NCBI GenBank assembly: GCA_951406725.2
Contig: OX597823.1
Span: 99,510,001-99,574,000, forward strand
Length of the DNA: 64,000 bases
Reading direction: 5' to 3'
Origin: Octopus vulgaris
Lineage: Eukaryota
Shown: positions 27,425 through 39,536 of the stretch, piece after piece
How positions within the stretch are numbered: position 1 is the stretch's first letter
How the letters are laid out: each line of letters begins with the position of its first letter
Program-made: the position numbers and the translations under genes
Notes under the pieces: generated by a model
What the model saw: the letters and a program-made list of their open reading frames with translations, nothing else
The model's database searches: none
What the model was told of the DNA's origin: nothing

Positions 27425-27426
<2 letters not shown>
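26120..27426 (+). mobile_element. 5'-truncated degenerate RTE LINE (same family as 52579)
   Basis: HADYLVLIAKSLSEL..WKQGVESKGLRINLAKTKVL..CLICRKSVGRNSIRC; C-terminal LRWMCNVSVH; tail ends in gatgatgat. Confidence 0.9.
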
Positions 27427-27470
<44 letters not shown>

Positions 27471-27522
27471 CAACTTGTTTTAAATCTCTGAGCAAGAGAT
27501 ATACAGTAACAGTACTGCATAA

Positions 27523-27918
27523 TAATGTTTATATGCCGACAGAATGTGGTAGTCCTATAAAGGATGATGTTACTGTTGATTTAGCCCAGGAAAACATCTT
27601 TCCCAGCTGGCTATTGACACACAGTTTGCGTCCATATGGCATTTGTAAGGAAGGTCATCACTCCCATCTATAGCCTTACATGGAGAGAGCTTTCATCACT
27701 AGCTTGTGGTTATCTCACACTGAGGACAGATAACATCCAGAAACCTATATCTGTGAGTATCACATAAGGCTAGAGATGGAAGCGATGACCTTCCTTACAA
27801 ATGCTATACGGACACAAACTGTGTGTCGATAGCCAGCTGGAAAAGATGTTTTCCTGGGGCTAAAACAACAGTAACATCGTCCTCTATTGGACTACCACAT
27901 TCTGTCGGCATAAACATT

Positions 27919-27919
<1 letters not shown>
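27523..27919. mobile_element. Fold-back MITE-like element with ~160 bp inverted arms
   Basis: Arm 27523-27682 is the reverse complement of 27762-27919 with about 15 differences by eye; both ends are TA. Confidence 0.85.
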
Positions 27920-28006
<87 letters not shown>

Positions 28007-28261
28007 AAATAGTGAGGGATTATCAATCTGGGCAAAATACTTCATAAGCTCTCTGTTGGCACACAAGGCTAACAATATTGTTTAGATTAGTGAAGAACTC
28101 CAAGTAGTCTTTTGGTAAGGTTCCAAGTTATGGTTCATCACCATTCTGTATTGTAAATCCGTGGATGGGCTCCAGATAAACTGGCTTTTACTCAGAGTGA
28201 TATATGAGAAACAAGTTAAAAATTAGGGTCCTTACATATAATTCCTTTATTGAAGCAAATT

Positions 28262-28385
28262 TGGCTTACACCTGTTTCCAGTTGTCGTTATAGGGACATT
28301 ACTGATAGGTTTACTCAATTGGTCTATTGATCAATTGAGGTAAGTTGAAAGACCTAAGAAAATTAATGTTACCTTCATCAGAGCC
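28262..28385 (-). ncRNA. Hammerhead-ribozyme-like motif with intact core boxes and extended stem II (Penelope-type)
   Basis: Minus strand: tggct CTGATGA [~95 nt foldable insert] GAAA caggtg TA agcca. Stem I is a perfect 5 bp; the insert contains ctcaattg/caattgag, taggt/accta and acatta/taatgt pairings. Confidence 0.55.
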
Positions 28386-28459
28386 ATTGCTGGAATATAT
28401 GTATATATATATATACACACACACATATGAATATGTATGTATATACATCGATGTATGTA

Positions 28460-29343
28460 TTGAGTCATCTCATAAATGATGAGGGTTTTTCAATTGCATG
28501 AACTAAGAGTCAGAGGGGGATGAGATAAACTACCTGCATCAACTTGCTATAAAAGCAGGTAGTAATTTTTCCTAGTACTTATTCTTAGTGCAAGTTTTGA
28601 AGAGTGCAGTTCGATTTTAACAGTTATTTTTTCAAAGCTAGAATGGAAGTGACAAAGGAGCATATTTGGCATATTTTGCTTTATGAGTTCAATAAAGGCA
28701 ACAACATAATGGAAAGCAGTTTATGGAGATCAGACAATAAGCATAAGCCAGTGTCAACAGTGGTTGCAGAAATTCCGAGCTGGAAACTACAGCCTAGAAG
28801 ATGAGCCTCATCTTGGAAGATCTGTAGAGCTCGACGAGGACATTCAGCAAACCCTGGTGGAACAAAATCCCATTGTAACTGTTGAGAAACTAGCAGAGAA
28901 GCTTGGATTTGGTCAGTCAACCATTCATTGACACCTGCATGCCATCGGAAAATGACCATCTTTGGTTTCAAGATAAAAGGTGTTCTTCCATCAGGATAAT
29001 GCTTGGCCACATACAATGAGGATGACAGTCCAAAGGCTGGGGCAGTTTGAATGGATAACGATGCCTCACCCATCATATTTGCTGGACATTGCCCCATCTG
29101 ATTATCATTTATTCCACAGTCTTCAAAATTATTTGGATGGAAAGAATATGAATTCTGTAGATGAGATCAGAACAGTCCTGGAGAAATGAATTTTGGAAGA
29201 GGGCCCTTGCAAGTCTACCAAATAGATGGAAGAGCATCGTAGAAAATGAAGGAGAGTATATTTTAGATTAAAAAAGAACTTTGTTATCTTAATTTTGAAA
29301 AGTAGTATTTAAAAAAAACCGCATTATTTATGAAATGACTCAA
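28460..29343 (+). mobile_element. Internally deleted mariner (Tc1/mariner) DNA transposon
   Basis: TIRs ttgagtcatctcataaatgatgagggttttt / aaaaaaccgcattatttatgaaatgactcaa flanked by TA. Transposase fragments MEVTKEHIWHILLYEFNKG, DEP..GR, HQDNAWPHT, PSYLLDIAPSDYHLF; the central WVPHEL / first Asp region is missing. Confidence 0.93.
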
Positions 29344-29377
29344 TACATAGTTACAGCACACGTGTTTTGTTTGTGAA

Positions 29378-29425
<48 letters not shown>

Positions 29426-29675
29426 TGGAGTGCGTATGTTCTTAATAGTACAAATTAATTATTTTACCATATGCTAATAAGGCACCAACCGGTAGCAGGT
29501 ATTCCACTGCTTAGTAAATTCTATAATTTCAAGTATATAAAAAAATAGCTTTCTGTTCAGTTCTTTGAAATTTTTTAAAATTGAAAATTTTTCTTTAATT
29601 TGGCTTTGTCTGGAAGAGGAGACTGTAATCATGGCGTTTGCAAGTCCTCCATGTTAAGTGAAGTAAATGTGGTTA

Positions 29676-29963
29676 ATACAGTTCTATATTTAAGAGATGA
29701 GGAATTATTTACATTATTTACATTTGACGGATATTTGTCCTCATCTTGTTTGTTGTTAACACAACGTTTCGGCTGATATACTCTCCAGCCTCTATCAGGT
29801 GTCTTGGGGAAATTTCGAGCCTGGGTTCTCATTCCTAAGGTATTTTTCGATGTTATTATTATTATTCGTATCACTGCCTGGAATCAAACTCGGAATCTTG
29901 GGGTTCGTAGCCCATGCTCTTAACCACTTCGTCATATGCCCGTGGGCAAATAATGTAAACAAT
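29676..29963 (-). mobile_element. SINE-like element: tRNA-like head, (AAT)n, hammerhead-like motif; 13 bp TSD
   Basis: Head 29871-29941 (gggcatatgacgaagtggttaagagcatgggctacgaaccccaagattccgagtttgattccagg; A- and B-box-like); motif 29759-29802; direct repeat gtaaatgtggtta at 29663-29675 and 29964-29976. Confidence 0.75.
29759..29802 (-). ncRNA. Minimal type I hammerhead-ribozyme-like motif (core variant CUGAUAG)
   Basis: acac CTGATagA ggctg-gagagtatat-cagcc GAAA cg TT gtgt: perfect stems I and II, palindromic aacgtt in place of stem III. Confidence 0.65.
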
Positions 29964-30228
29964 GTAAATGTGGTTATTGTTCCTCTTGAAAAGTTGCAAG
30001 TTGATGGCTGCAAGAAAAACGGAAGAAAGAAGGTGGTGGTGATGGACATGGTGGGATTCCAGAGGGTTCACATTCTGGACAGAAGGAGTAAAGTGGTTGG
30101 GTTGGAGAGAGCATAATATGAGTGGAGAAAGAAGAAGAAATGTGTGAGCTAGAATTGCTTGTATGAGGGTGGCATGAGACCAATCGACTCCAAACCACTA
30201 CAGAGGAATGGTAGAAAAAAATATGCCA

Positions 30229-30415
30229 GGGCGGCAAGCTGGCAGAAACATTAGCAGTCTGTCTTTACATTCTGAGTTCAAATTCTGCTAAGGTTAACTT
30301 TGCTTTTCATCCTTTTGGGGTTGGTAAATTAAGTACCAGTTGCATACTGGGGTCGATCTAATCAACTAGCCCCCTCCCCCAAAATTTCGGGCCTTGTGTC
30401 TGGAGTAGAAAAGGA
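30229..30415 (+). mobile_element. SINE family A (alternative 3' tail subtype)
   Basis: ggcggcaagctggcagaaacattagca..gagttcaaattc..; tail ccctcccccaaaatttcgggccttgtg. Confidence 0.85.
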
Positions 30416-30619
30416 AAAAAAATATGCCTGTGATCAAAGGTTGGTGTGTAGTATGTGAGTCAAGTGTATGGACTTTTGGGGTGGTGGACTGTGGTATGTA
30501 TGGAGCCCTGTCCTTGGAGATGTGTGACCATTGTGGTGTGTCACTTGGTCATTGTCAAAAGTTGTTGATGACTGAAACATTTTCTGGCTCAAAAGAGGAA
30601 GATCAGTCTTTGTGATGAA

Positions 30620-31340
30620 GTTGTCTCTGCTGTATTGTGACTGTCAAGAGAGCTCTCTACTGATGGTGAGGTATACTATTTATAACAACTTTGAAGAAGG
30701 TTCCACTTATGAGTTGTTCATATTTAAATGAAATGTGATTTTGTTTTCTTGATGTTTGTAGTCTGATTGTGCTTTTGTGCTGTTGAAGAAGACAAGATTG
30801 GCATGGTCCCATTTGAGAGTGTATTTGAGGTCTCTGTTCATGGAATCAATGCAGCTTTGGTGTGAAGTGTCAAGGTTGTTTTTGTGGAAGATTTGGGAGG
30901 AATAAAGGGTGGTACTCTCTGCATAGGGGTGGGGTTTGTTTGAGGTGAAGGTCATTTATTTCTTGAAGGAAAAGTGTAGGTGGTCAAAGCCAGGCTTTGA
31001 AGTACAGCAGAGTTGAAACTATCAAAGAAAGCTCTACTCACTCATACTACACTATTGTAATCCAACAGGAAGCCTCCACTTTTATAAATGAGAGATGAAT
31101 GGTCTAGCTTGGAGTTTTACATGCCAGACATTGTTGAATGCTTTGTTGATGTCAAGTGTAACACACCATTTTCTCCAAATTTCTCAAGGGTGCGGTTAAC
31201 TAGTGAATGATTAGGAGAATAGGTTTCCAGTAAATCTGGAAGCTGTCTTCATGGCCATTAAGGAGGAAGCGGTATTCAGAGTGTTGGAAAAAGTGTTGTT
31301 GCTAATGGTTATCTCCATCATCTTTGAGAAGTTGGAAGTT
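30620..31340 (-). mobile_element. Old CR1/Jockey-group LINE RT remnant
   Basis: Minus strand reads LEKFGE..LDINKAFNNVWH (an LDISKAFD-VWH-like motif); downstream part reads LKWDHANLVFFNSTKAQ. Confidence 0.65.
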
Positions 31341-32632
31341 ATAATATATGGAAACTAAGGTAGGAAATACCGTTTCTAATGACACTGCTGTGCATTTAGT
31401 ACAAATATATATTTTTGTGTCTTGATCTGTATTTCAATGAGAGTCAACCTTTCCTCTCTAATCTAATTAGAAATATTAAAACACTAATAAGCAATTAGTT
31501 CTTTATTACTGTCTTTCTCTTTATTATTTTGATATTTTGCTTTATCTCAATATTTCCACACTAGAACGAGTATCTTGATTAGATGATGTAAAATGTAAAT
31601 TTATAGAATTGCAATGATTAAGTCAATTGCAACTGTAAACCGTTTCATCGTATGTCTTTCATGGCAGGACACTCTCTCTACAGGTAACCACTCCGAAATG
31701 GCAAAAAGAAAATTATATTTATTTCTAATTCCTTACATCAAGATATTTTATACATGTTTCAGCTTTGTAATGTTTAAGCTCATAATAATCTAGATGCCAT
31801 TATGCTTTTTAGTTTTTTTGTTTCCTTGCTGCTGTATTGGTTACTTTCAGATATTTTCACAAATTATGGAATAGCTCTACTTCTGGATGTTATGCCAGCA
31901 CCAATAGACTGGGTATGAACATCTATTTTTCAGCCAGGTTTCATAAAATTTGTAGGGAGATACCTTGCTTGGGAACTCAAAATTGTAAATATGCCATGAA
32001 ATGAAATTATATTATTTGAGTGTAAAATATAATGCCTAATCAAATATATTTCAGTTACTTTGCAGATTTTGAACTTGTAAAATAAGCTTGTAGCTGCTAC
32101 CACAGAACAAATTAATGCTCTTTTCTTTGGCCTCTAACTCAACTCCAATCTCAAGGGAACAAGTTTACAAGTTCATTTTAGTCAGTGAGATAAGAAAGAA
32201 ATATATTCACGTGATGGAGTTTCTTTGCTCTTCTTGCTCGTCATTTGTCAGATCGTATCCTAAATCTCAATACTTGTACAGTATTGTGACAAAACCATTA
32301 AATAATATATTTCTTTACAAAATGGAAATTAATTCCTTAAAGATTGCTAAAGGGATATTACAATGAATAAGCCAGTGAAAGTGTTTCTTCTCTGCAGTCA
32401 TTTGACTTGCTTAAGATGGTAGCCAAATCTTGAAACCATATTGAACATGGAACTGACAAATGAACGACTAATGAACAATATGATTGGAAAAAGATGGGGT
32501 GGTCATTGGACATGTTTCAAATGTTGATTAATGTTCTAGTCATGATCGTCAGATGTTGCTCAACGTTATGTAAACCTTTGGCTACCAATCCACCTGAAAC
32601 CACCCTTGATTCTACAATACAAATTTTAGGTT

Positions 32633-32862
32633 TTAACCTTTTTGATACTGACCAGCCTGAGGCCACTTTTGGTCTTGTGATAAAAGCTTCTTCTTTTAAA
32701 CTGATCTAATTTAAAACATTCTATCAAAATTTGATGTTAATTAATGCTTGAAACATCAGCTTAATAATGACAAAGTTATTAAACTAAGTTTTTCATTATT
32801 TTTAAAATTAACTGAAATGAAGGCAGTGTATCTCAACAGAAATACGGTAATGAAAGGTTTAA
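32633..32862. mobile_element. TTAA-bounded ~230 bp MITE (piggyBac-type termini)
   Basis: ttaacctttttgatac..ggtaatgaaaggtttaa; homologous copies at 42748-42975 and, partially, 18575-18700. Confidence 0.6.
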
Positions 32863-34604
32863 TTTGTGTCTGTATATCTATTGAAACATCAAAGCCATTA
32901 TAATATCATAGAATTATAGAAAATAATGGAGATGACTATATTAATTTGTCAGAATGATACAGCTTTTAATTTAGATGAGTTAGGATTAGAGGAAATGTTT
33001 AAATTCTATTGATTTCAGTTGTATTTTGGTGTCTTTAAATAAGGTATAAGTATCTCTATAAACACTTTAAAAAGGTTCTTAAAACAATTAGAGCTTATAA
33101 GTATTTACAGGAGATTGGAATCTAGTTAGAGGCCAAAGAGTCTATTCTTGTATTCTTGATGGAATTCATAAAAGAAAAGATTGCCAGGTTTATATTTAAC
33201 TTGATCAACACTGAGAAATTTGTGGAAATATGTTGTCTATTCCAGTTACCAACTGAGAATAAAATACAGTAGATCATACTGCTTTGGTGCTAAACCATAT
33301 CATTTTTTTTTTATATTTCTTTCATTATATTTTTCCTTCCTCATCTTTTTCCTATCTTATTTCCTCTCTCTTTGTCTCAATACCGTCACCCAATCCTCGT
33401 ACATAAACACTATGCACACAAATGCTTTTCTCTTCTCTTTTTTATTCTCTCTCTCACTTTCACTCTCTCTTTTTACTCTCTCTCTCTCTCTCTCTCTCTC
33501 TTCTTGCATGCATGCACTTATACATGTGTGTATATTAACACACTAATTGTTTATGTGCAAGTGTAGAGCTCTAAGTTCTTTTTGATATAGTAGGCTTGTC
33601 TTCTCATGTGTTTATCATCATGTAGAAGTAACAAATAAATATAGAAAGGAATAAAAGTAACAAGAAAGCAAAAAGAAAAATGTGATATTTATAGCGTAAA
33701 ATAAAATAAAACATATTAAGATTACATCAGTATTTGCCATAAATTAACTGGTATATATTGGTAATAAATAGCGTGTGAACCAACTAAATTACAATATACT
33801 TTTACATTTGATTCAAAACATCACTGTGAGAAGCTGAACTCATGGGAATGAGTTATTTGATAATTTCCACTACATTTCCTGTCAACTATTGGCTGAAGTT
33901 TTCATTCATAAAACAAATCCAACAAAGAAATTTCAAAAACACACATACCTACATCAAAGCAGGCTTACATGTGTTATTTTTAATTGTTCCTAATCAACTG
34001 CAAGTTAATTAGTTCCCACAATTATTTTCAACTGTCTTTCTATTTCCTCTAAGACATATCAAAAAACAAGAATTACCATATCAAAAGCTACAAGAGTGTA
34101 GTTCAACATATCAGATTTTTAAAGGAAGCTCAAATTTGGTGCAGATCTGGAACAAAATGGTTGTTATTATACAAGCTAAAGTTTTAAGTTTTACGGAATT
34201 CAGTCTACAATTATATTTACATTATACTGGGTCACATTGAGTGTAATTTTTTATCTTTGAATTTCTTTGGAAAAGTATAATTATATTTTGTATGTCCTGT
34301 TGGATGTATGACAACTTCTGTATGGGTTTGGGCTGCATATAGATTTAATTATCCAGTCAGTTTTAAATATTGTGATTTGTTGACTGCTGTTCTTAGCCGT
34401 GTTACTAGTGATGACATACAGAGCATATGGAGTAGAAAATTAAGATAAACAGATGCATAAATACTTGGTTCCTGTGTACATTTCACCATTTCGGTTATTT
34501 GGAACTCAGTATTGTATATTCCAAGTGCCTTTGGATGGATCCTCACAGGATGGCTCTGTTGCATTCTGTTAGATCTCTATTTTTTTACTTTATTTTAAAA
34601 AATT

Positions 34605-34707
34605 TTATCTAGTTTCAGCTCACGAGCTGTGGCCATGCTGGGGCACCTCCATTTAAGTGTGTGATGCTTACAGCACCTAGGTTTCCCAAGCAGTCACCCA
34701 TCTAAGC
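34605..34707 (-). mobile_element. 5S rRNA-derived fragment fused to CR1-group LINE 3' tail (SINE3-like)
   Basis: Minus strand gcttagatgggtgactgcttgggaaacctaggtgctgtaagc resembles the 3' half of metazoan 5S rRNA; 34605-34646 is identical to 56310-56351. Confidence 0.75.
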
Positions 34708-37524
34708 AATAAAATACTGGCCATAAGCAATAAAGTGTTTTCTTGAGGATCCGTTTGTTTGTGGCATCCAAAGGCATCTGGAACATTCCAAGCTGGGTCC
34801 CTTAACTGCAAGGGTGAAGCTTCCTAAACGTGTAATAATGAAGATTTTAAATGTTTATTGAACTTTATCATTTTTAAGATTCACTCTGGATTCTTTGGAT
34901 GATTTTTTCCCTTTTCCCACTGAGCTGAGTTGCTACCAATGTATACTAAATATGCAATTTAGTGATATGGGTATTAAATTTTGTTTGTTCTTCATTCTTT
35001 GGCTTCAGTTTTTCTTTTTAATCACTTTTATTTAATGTTGAAGCTGGGTAACCATTTGTTCCTTTGCCAAAAGGAGAAAAAAATTCATACGAGTTGAAAG
35101 AAAGGTTAGAAATCGTTATTTGGTGGACACACATAAATAAAAGAGAGTTCAATATGTTGCTTTAGCTGTGCTCGAGTAAACATAATACAAAAAGCTTTTG
35201 ATCAATGTTTCTAGTCCCAACCATTTGTCTTCATTCCAGTAAATGCTGTGCAAGAAGTGAGGGCTTACAAAGATGATAGGGAGTTTGTTGGAGACTTTTC
35301 AGTGCTGTGATGAGTAGTTTTGGCTTTGAAAGTTGAGTTAGAAGATAGGAAGGTCAATTACTCCTTTTCAACAAGGGGAAGGTATGGAGTAAGCGCTGAA
35401 GAGTTTACTGTAGTAATAAGGGAAGAAAAAAAATTGAAAAATTCTTGAAACACAATAGTTTATATATTTAGCCAAGAATCTGTTTCATGAAGGGAATTTT
35501 ATTTATATAAAATTTCATCTATCCTTTAACTCTCAATTTCATTAGCCATGAAACAGAGTAGTGCTTTAGGTTCTTTTTCCATTCTTGAAATAAATAGTGT
35601 ATATAAGAAAAGAATCAAAGTAGAATCGGTATTGTTTCCAATTGGTTGGATGGATTGTGCTATGCAGAGTATTATGCTTTATTTAAAAGAAGAGTGAAAT
35701 GTGCTGCAACATTTGAAAATATGATTAATGGTCCTTATAGTTCAACTTAGATCGAGACATCATAAATTATCTAGTTTGGTTCTTTATCATGGTGCTAATT
35801 TGATTGCTCTTTTTTCTTTTTTTTTCCCCATATTTTGTTTTTCAATTTTCTTTCAATTTAACTATAACTATAAAAGTGCTTGCTTTATATATTGGTATCT
35901 TGGAAGCTGTTGAATTTCAAATAAAGTTGTGTTGTGTAGGCTGATGATCTGATTATTAACAACTACACTGAAATGAAACCTTTGGCAAGATAATTTCATT
36001 AGTGCTATTCTTCACTGATTGATGGATTTCAAAATAAAAATAGATTCTGCGTGGTAGTTCTTCACTGTTATTAAATTATATTAGCATTTTCTCTAAAATT
36101 ACGAAAAACCACAACCAACGGTAACTTTTACCTTTTACTGAGTCAAATTTATGTGAATATACTCTGAGTTTATGCCTATTAATCTAAAAATGAAATGTTC
36201 TTAAGAATGATTTCAGAAAAGCTTTTGGGTCACAACCTTTAATGAAAGATTTAATACAAACTGATTGGTTAGATTAATTCAATGTAATTCATATTTTACT
36301 TCAATAGAGTCGACTGTCCAATCATTGATCTGCAAAACAGATTCAATTTGCAAGAAACAGCAGATAATATGCTTAATATGGAAATGTGAAAGAGAGAAGC
36401 CATAAGGAGTTGGCTAAACATGTGAAAGTTTTCATACACCAGTCATGATACATAGACTCCTAGAATTTACAGGTAGTTAGTTACATAAGAACTAGAGAAG
36501 GGTGTGGTACTAAGCTAAATATATATTTTGGAAATTCTGCTCCTATCTATATATGGTAAAATGGATGGACTCAAGCTAAATATGGATTCTTTAATAAATC
36601 AGGATATTTTCAAACACTTAATTTTCCTTCAATTCAGTTTTATGTTGTCATACTTATCACTATTGCCAAATCAGTTTTCTCTTCTGATATAGGTTGGACA
36701 GATTAATAAAACAAATCTTATTCACCTAGTTCCATCTTTCATCAACGCTAGTCAAAATGTTCAATGGTTGCACACCTACAGAGAGAATACATTACCTTGT
36801 AAACACTATCCAAAGGCCATAATTGCTTCTCACTTTCTTACCTGTCTTGCAATTTCTCCTTATTCCTCCATTTCTGTATCTGCTGCATCATGCTTACAAT
36901 TTTCTTTCCAGCAACCACACGTCCTTTTCTCTTTCTACTTGTAGTTCTCTAATATGTACAGAAATCAATTTCTTGTGAGAAAAATTGTGAAATGGCAGTC
37001 TTTAGAGTGTTGGAAAGAATACCTTGTGACATTTGTTCTGATTTTCTAAGCTGTGCTCAAATCATGCTGAGGTCAACTTATCCTTTTAGGGGTCAATAGA
37101 AAAGCACCAATTCAGTGGTGCAAATTGACTGAACTATTAGAGGGCTGGCAAATGCCTTGTAGTACTTCTTCCATTATGACAGCGGGGTCTGTGACAGCAC
37201 TGATGCCAAGCTGTATCAACCTTCATCTGTGGTCTTTCCTTTCAACAAACATTGGTGGCAAGTCTCTCCTTGCATGCACATTCAATTTTGATTGATGGAG
37301 GCCCTTGACGAGGTTGTCTTTCTAAATCTACCATTTAATATAATTGTTAATTTATTTACTATTTCCAACAAGTTTTTAGTCTGTAAACATTTTTCCCTCT
37401 TGACAAATTGATTTGTTAAGTAGTGGTCAGTTACAGTACAAACGAAATTAGTTCATTTGATAAAATATTGCTCATTTTATCCATTATTCCTCTTACCTAA
37501 CATATGTAATGACTAAAAATTAGG

Positions 37525-37754
37525 TCATCATCATTTTAATGTCCACTTTCCCATGATTGCATTGGTCAGAGTTTACTGAGGCAGGTTTTCTATGGCCAGT
37601 TACCCTTCCTGTTACCAACCCTCACCTGTTTCCAAGCAAAGTAATATTTGTACTTGGCCAGACATGTTTTTCCAGAATATTGGAAATGAACAACACTGCT
37701 TGTATGACAGTGACACTCATTTACAGCTGCCATATGATGTCAAGACAAGGAGAG

Positions 37755-37805
<51 letters not shown>

Positions 37806-38140
37806 TATGATGGACTTCTTTCAGTTTCCATTTATCAAATTCACTCACAAGGCTCTGGTTGGCTGCTGGGGGCTATAAAAAAATGCACTAGCCAGCTCTC
37901 TTGAACCATCTGATTCATGTGAACATGGAAGACGTACATTAAATGATGAAGATGATGGTAATGAGGATATATATGTGACAAACTTTTTGAGTTTCTATCT
38001 ACCAACTCCATTCACAAGGACTTGGTTAGCCCTGGGCTATAGTAGAAAACACTTGTTCAAGATACCAAACAGTGGGACTGAAACCAAGATCTTTTGCTTG
38101 TGAAGCAAAATTCTTAACCACACAACCTCTGACCATGCCC
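37525..38140 (-). mobile_element. CORE-type SINE copies with (TG)n linker and family D tail
   Basis: 37975-38140 is the reverse of the 62760-62910 head; 37800-37880 is a second body; 37525-37760 is tail D. Confidence 0.75.
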
Positions 38141-38340
38141 TCTCCTGTTGCAATGAATATTACAAAAACAAATATGAAAAATATAAAATAATTTAGATAT
38201 AAAAAAAATTGTATAAAAGGCATAGGTACAAGGAACATAGGAAGTGAACCTATACACACATACAAACACACCTATAGTAACTTCACAGGTGGCCGCAATG
38301 ATATCAACAACATGTCTAACAATGACAACAGCAACAGCAG

Positions 38341-38835
38341 TGGAGGCGCAACAGCCCAGTGGTTAGGGCAGCAGACTCGTGGTCATAAAAATGCGGTTTT
38401 GATTCCCAGACCGGGCATTGTGAGTGTTTATTGAGCAAAAACACCTAAGTTCTACTAGACTCTGGCGTGGTGTAGTGGTGAACCCCGCTGTACTCTTTCA
38501 CCACAACAACTTTCTCTCACTCTTTCTTCCTACTTCTGCCACAAAGCAGAGGAACCATGGTGTAACCCACTATGGTGTGGTAAACTTTCAGACCCTAGTC
38601 TAGATTGCGAATCCTCTGTAACCCAGGATGATTCAGCTCTCCATCCGTTAAAAGCCACCGTTTACAGGATGAGGATAACAACGTAGCTTTCACGCCCATG
38701 CAACCACCAGTCTATCACGTGTGGTGGGTGGATCTTCAAGTTGCCACATGCATTCTTAGTAGCTTAGAGTAGGCTCAAATTAGAGATTATTCTTTGTGGC
38801 TAATGACGTGAGTCCTGATTGGAAGAAGAAGAAGA
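38341..38835 (+). mobile_element. tRNA-headed SINE family E ending in (GAA)n
   Basis: ggaggcgcaacagcccagtggttagggcagcagactc..ggttttgattcccagacc (A/B-box-like head), GC-richer body, gaagaagaag tail. Confidence 0.6.
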
Positions 38836-39536
38836 AAAGAAGACAGCAACAGCAGTAACAAAAATGGCAACAACAACAGCAACAACTACCATGGTAGCAG
38901 CAGCATGGGTGAACACACATAGTGAGTTATGAGAACAGTACAAAAAGTTGGGTTCAAGGGTAGCAGCAGTGGTAACAGGGTTGGAGACGGGGCTGAGGAG
39001 AGGGTCATAGTGCTACTAAGAATAATGACACACACACATGCACACACAAGCACATGCACATACACACAAACACATGCACACACATGTACACACACACACA
39101 CACATAAACACAGGCGCATGCATATATAAGGATGCACGTGATAGAAGAACAGAATGGAATAAGTAGAGCAAGAACACACACAGACAGTAAGTGTTGCTGT
39201 GGAGGTCACAGGTGTGTGACGAAAAACTTCTGGATAATGGACATGAGTTAGAATAAAAACATTGATAAACAAGTGAAGAACAAATATATAGGGCGTGTGT
39301 TTAATTTGGCAAAAAAAATTTAAAAAATGACCATCCTGAAAAACAGCAACAAATCTTGTACAACTCTCTATCAAACACCTCATAAAAGACTGATTGGTAT
39401 TTGATAATTTTTTACTATTTTCTGATTGTTATTTGTGTCTTCTTAAACAACAAAAAAATCTGTCTGGTTTGTTTTCCATTATTCCATTAGTTCCAAAGCA
39501 GACGCAAATAATGGTGATGTTTTGTTCTGTTTATTA

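Noticed and set aside
29871-29941. Functional tRNA-Arg gene
   Set aside because: Acceptor and anticodon stems are mispaired and it sits inside a TSD-flanked repeat; treated as a SINE head.
34665-34707. Functional 5S rRNA gene
   Set aside because: Only the 3' part is present, diverged and fused to a LINE tail.
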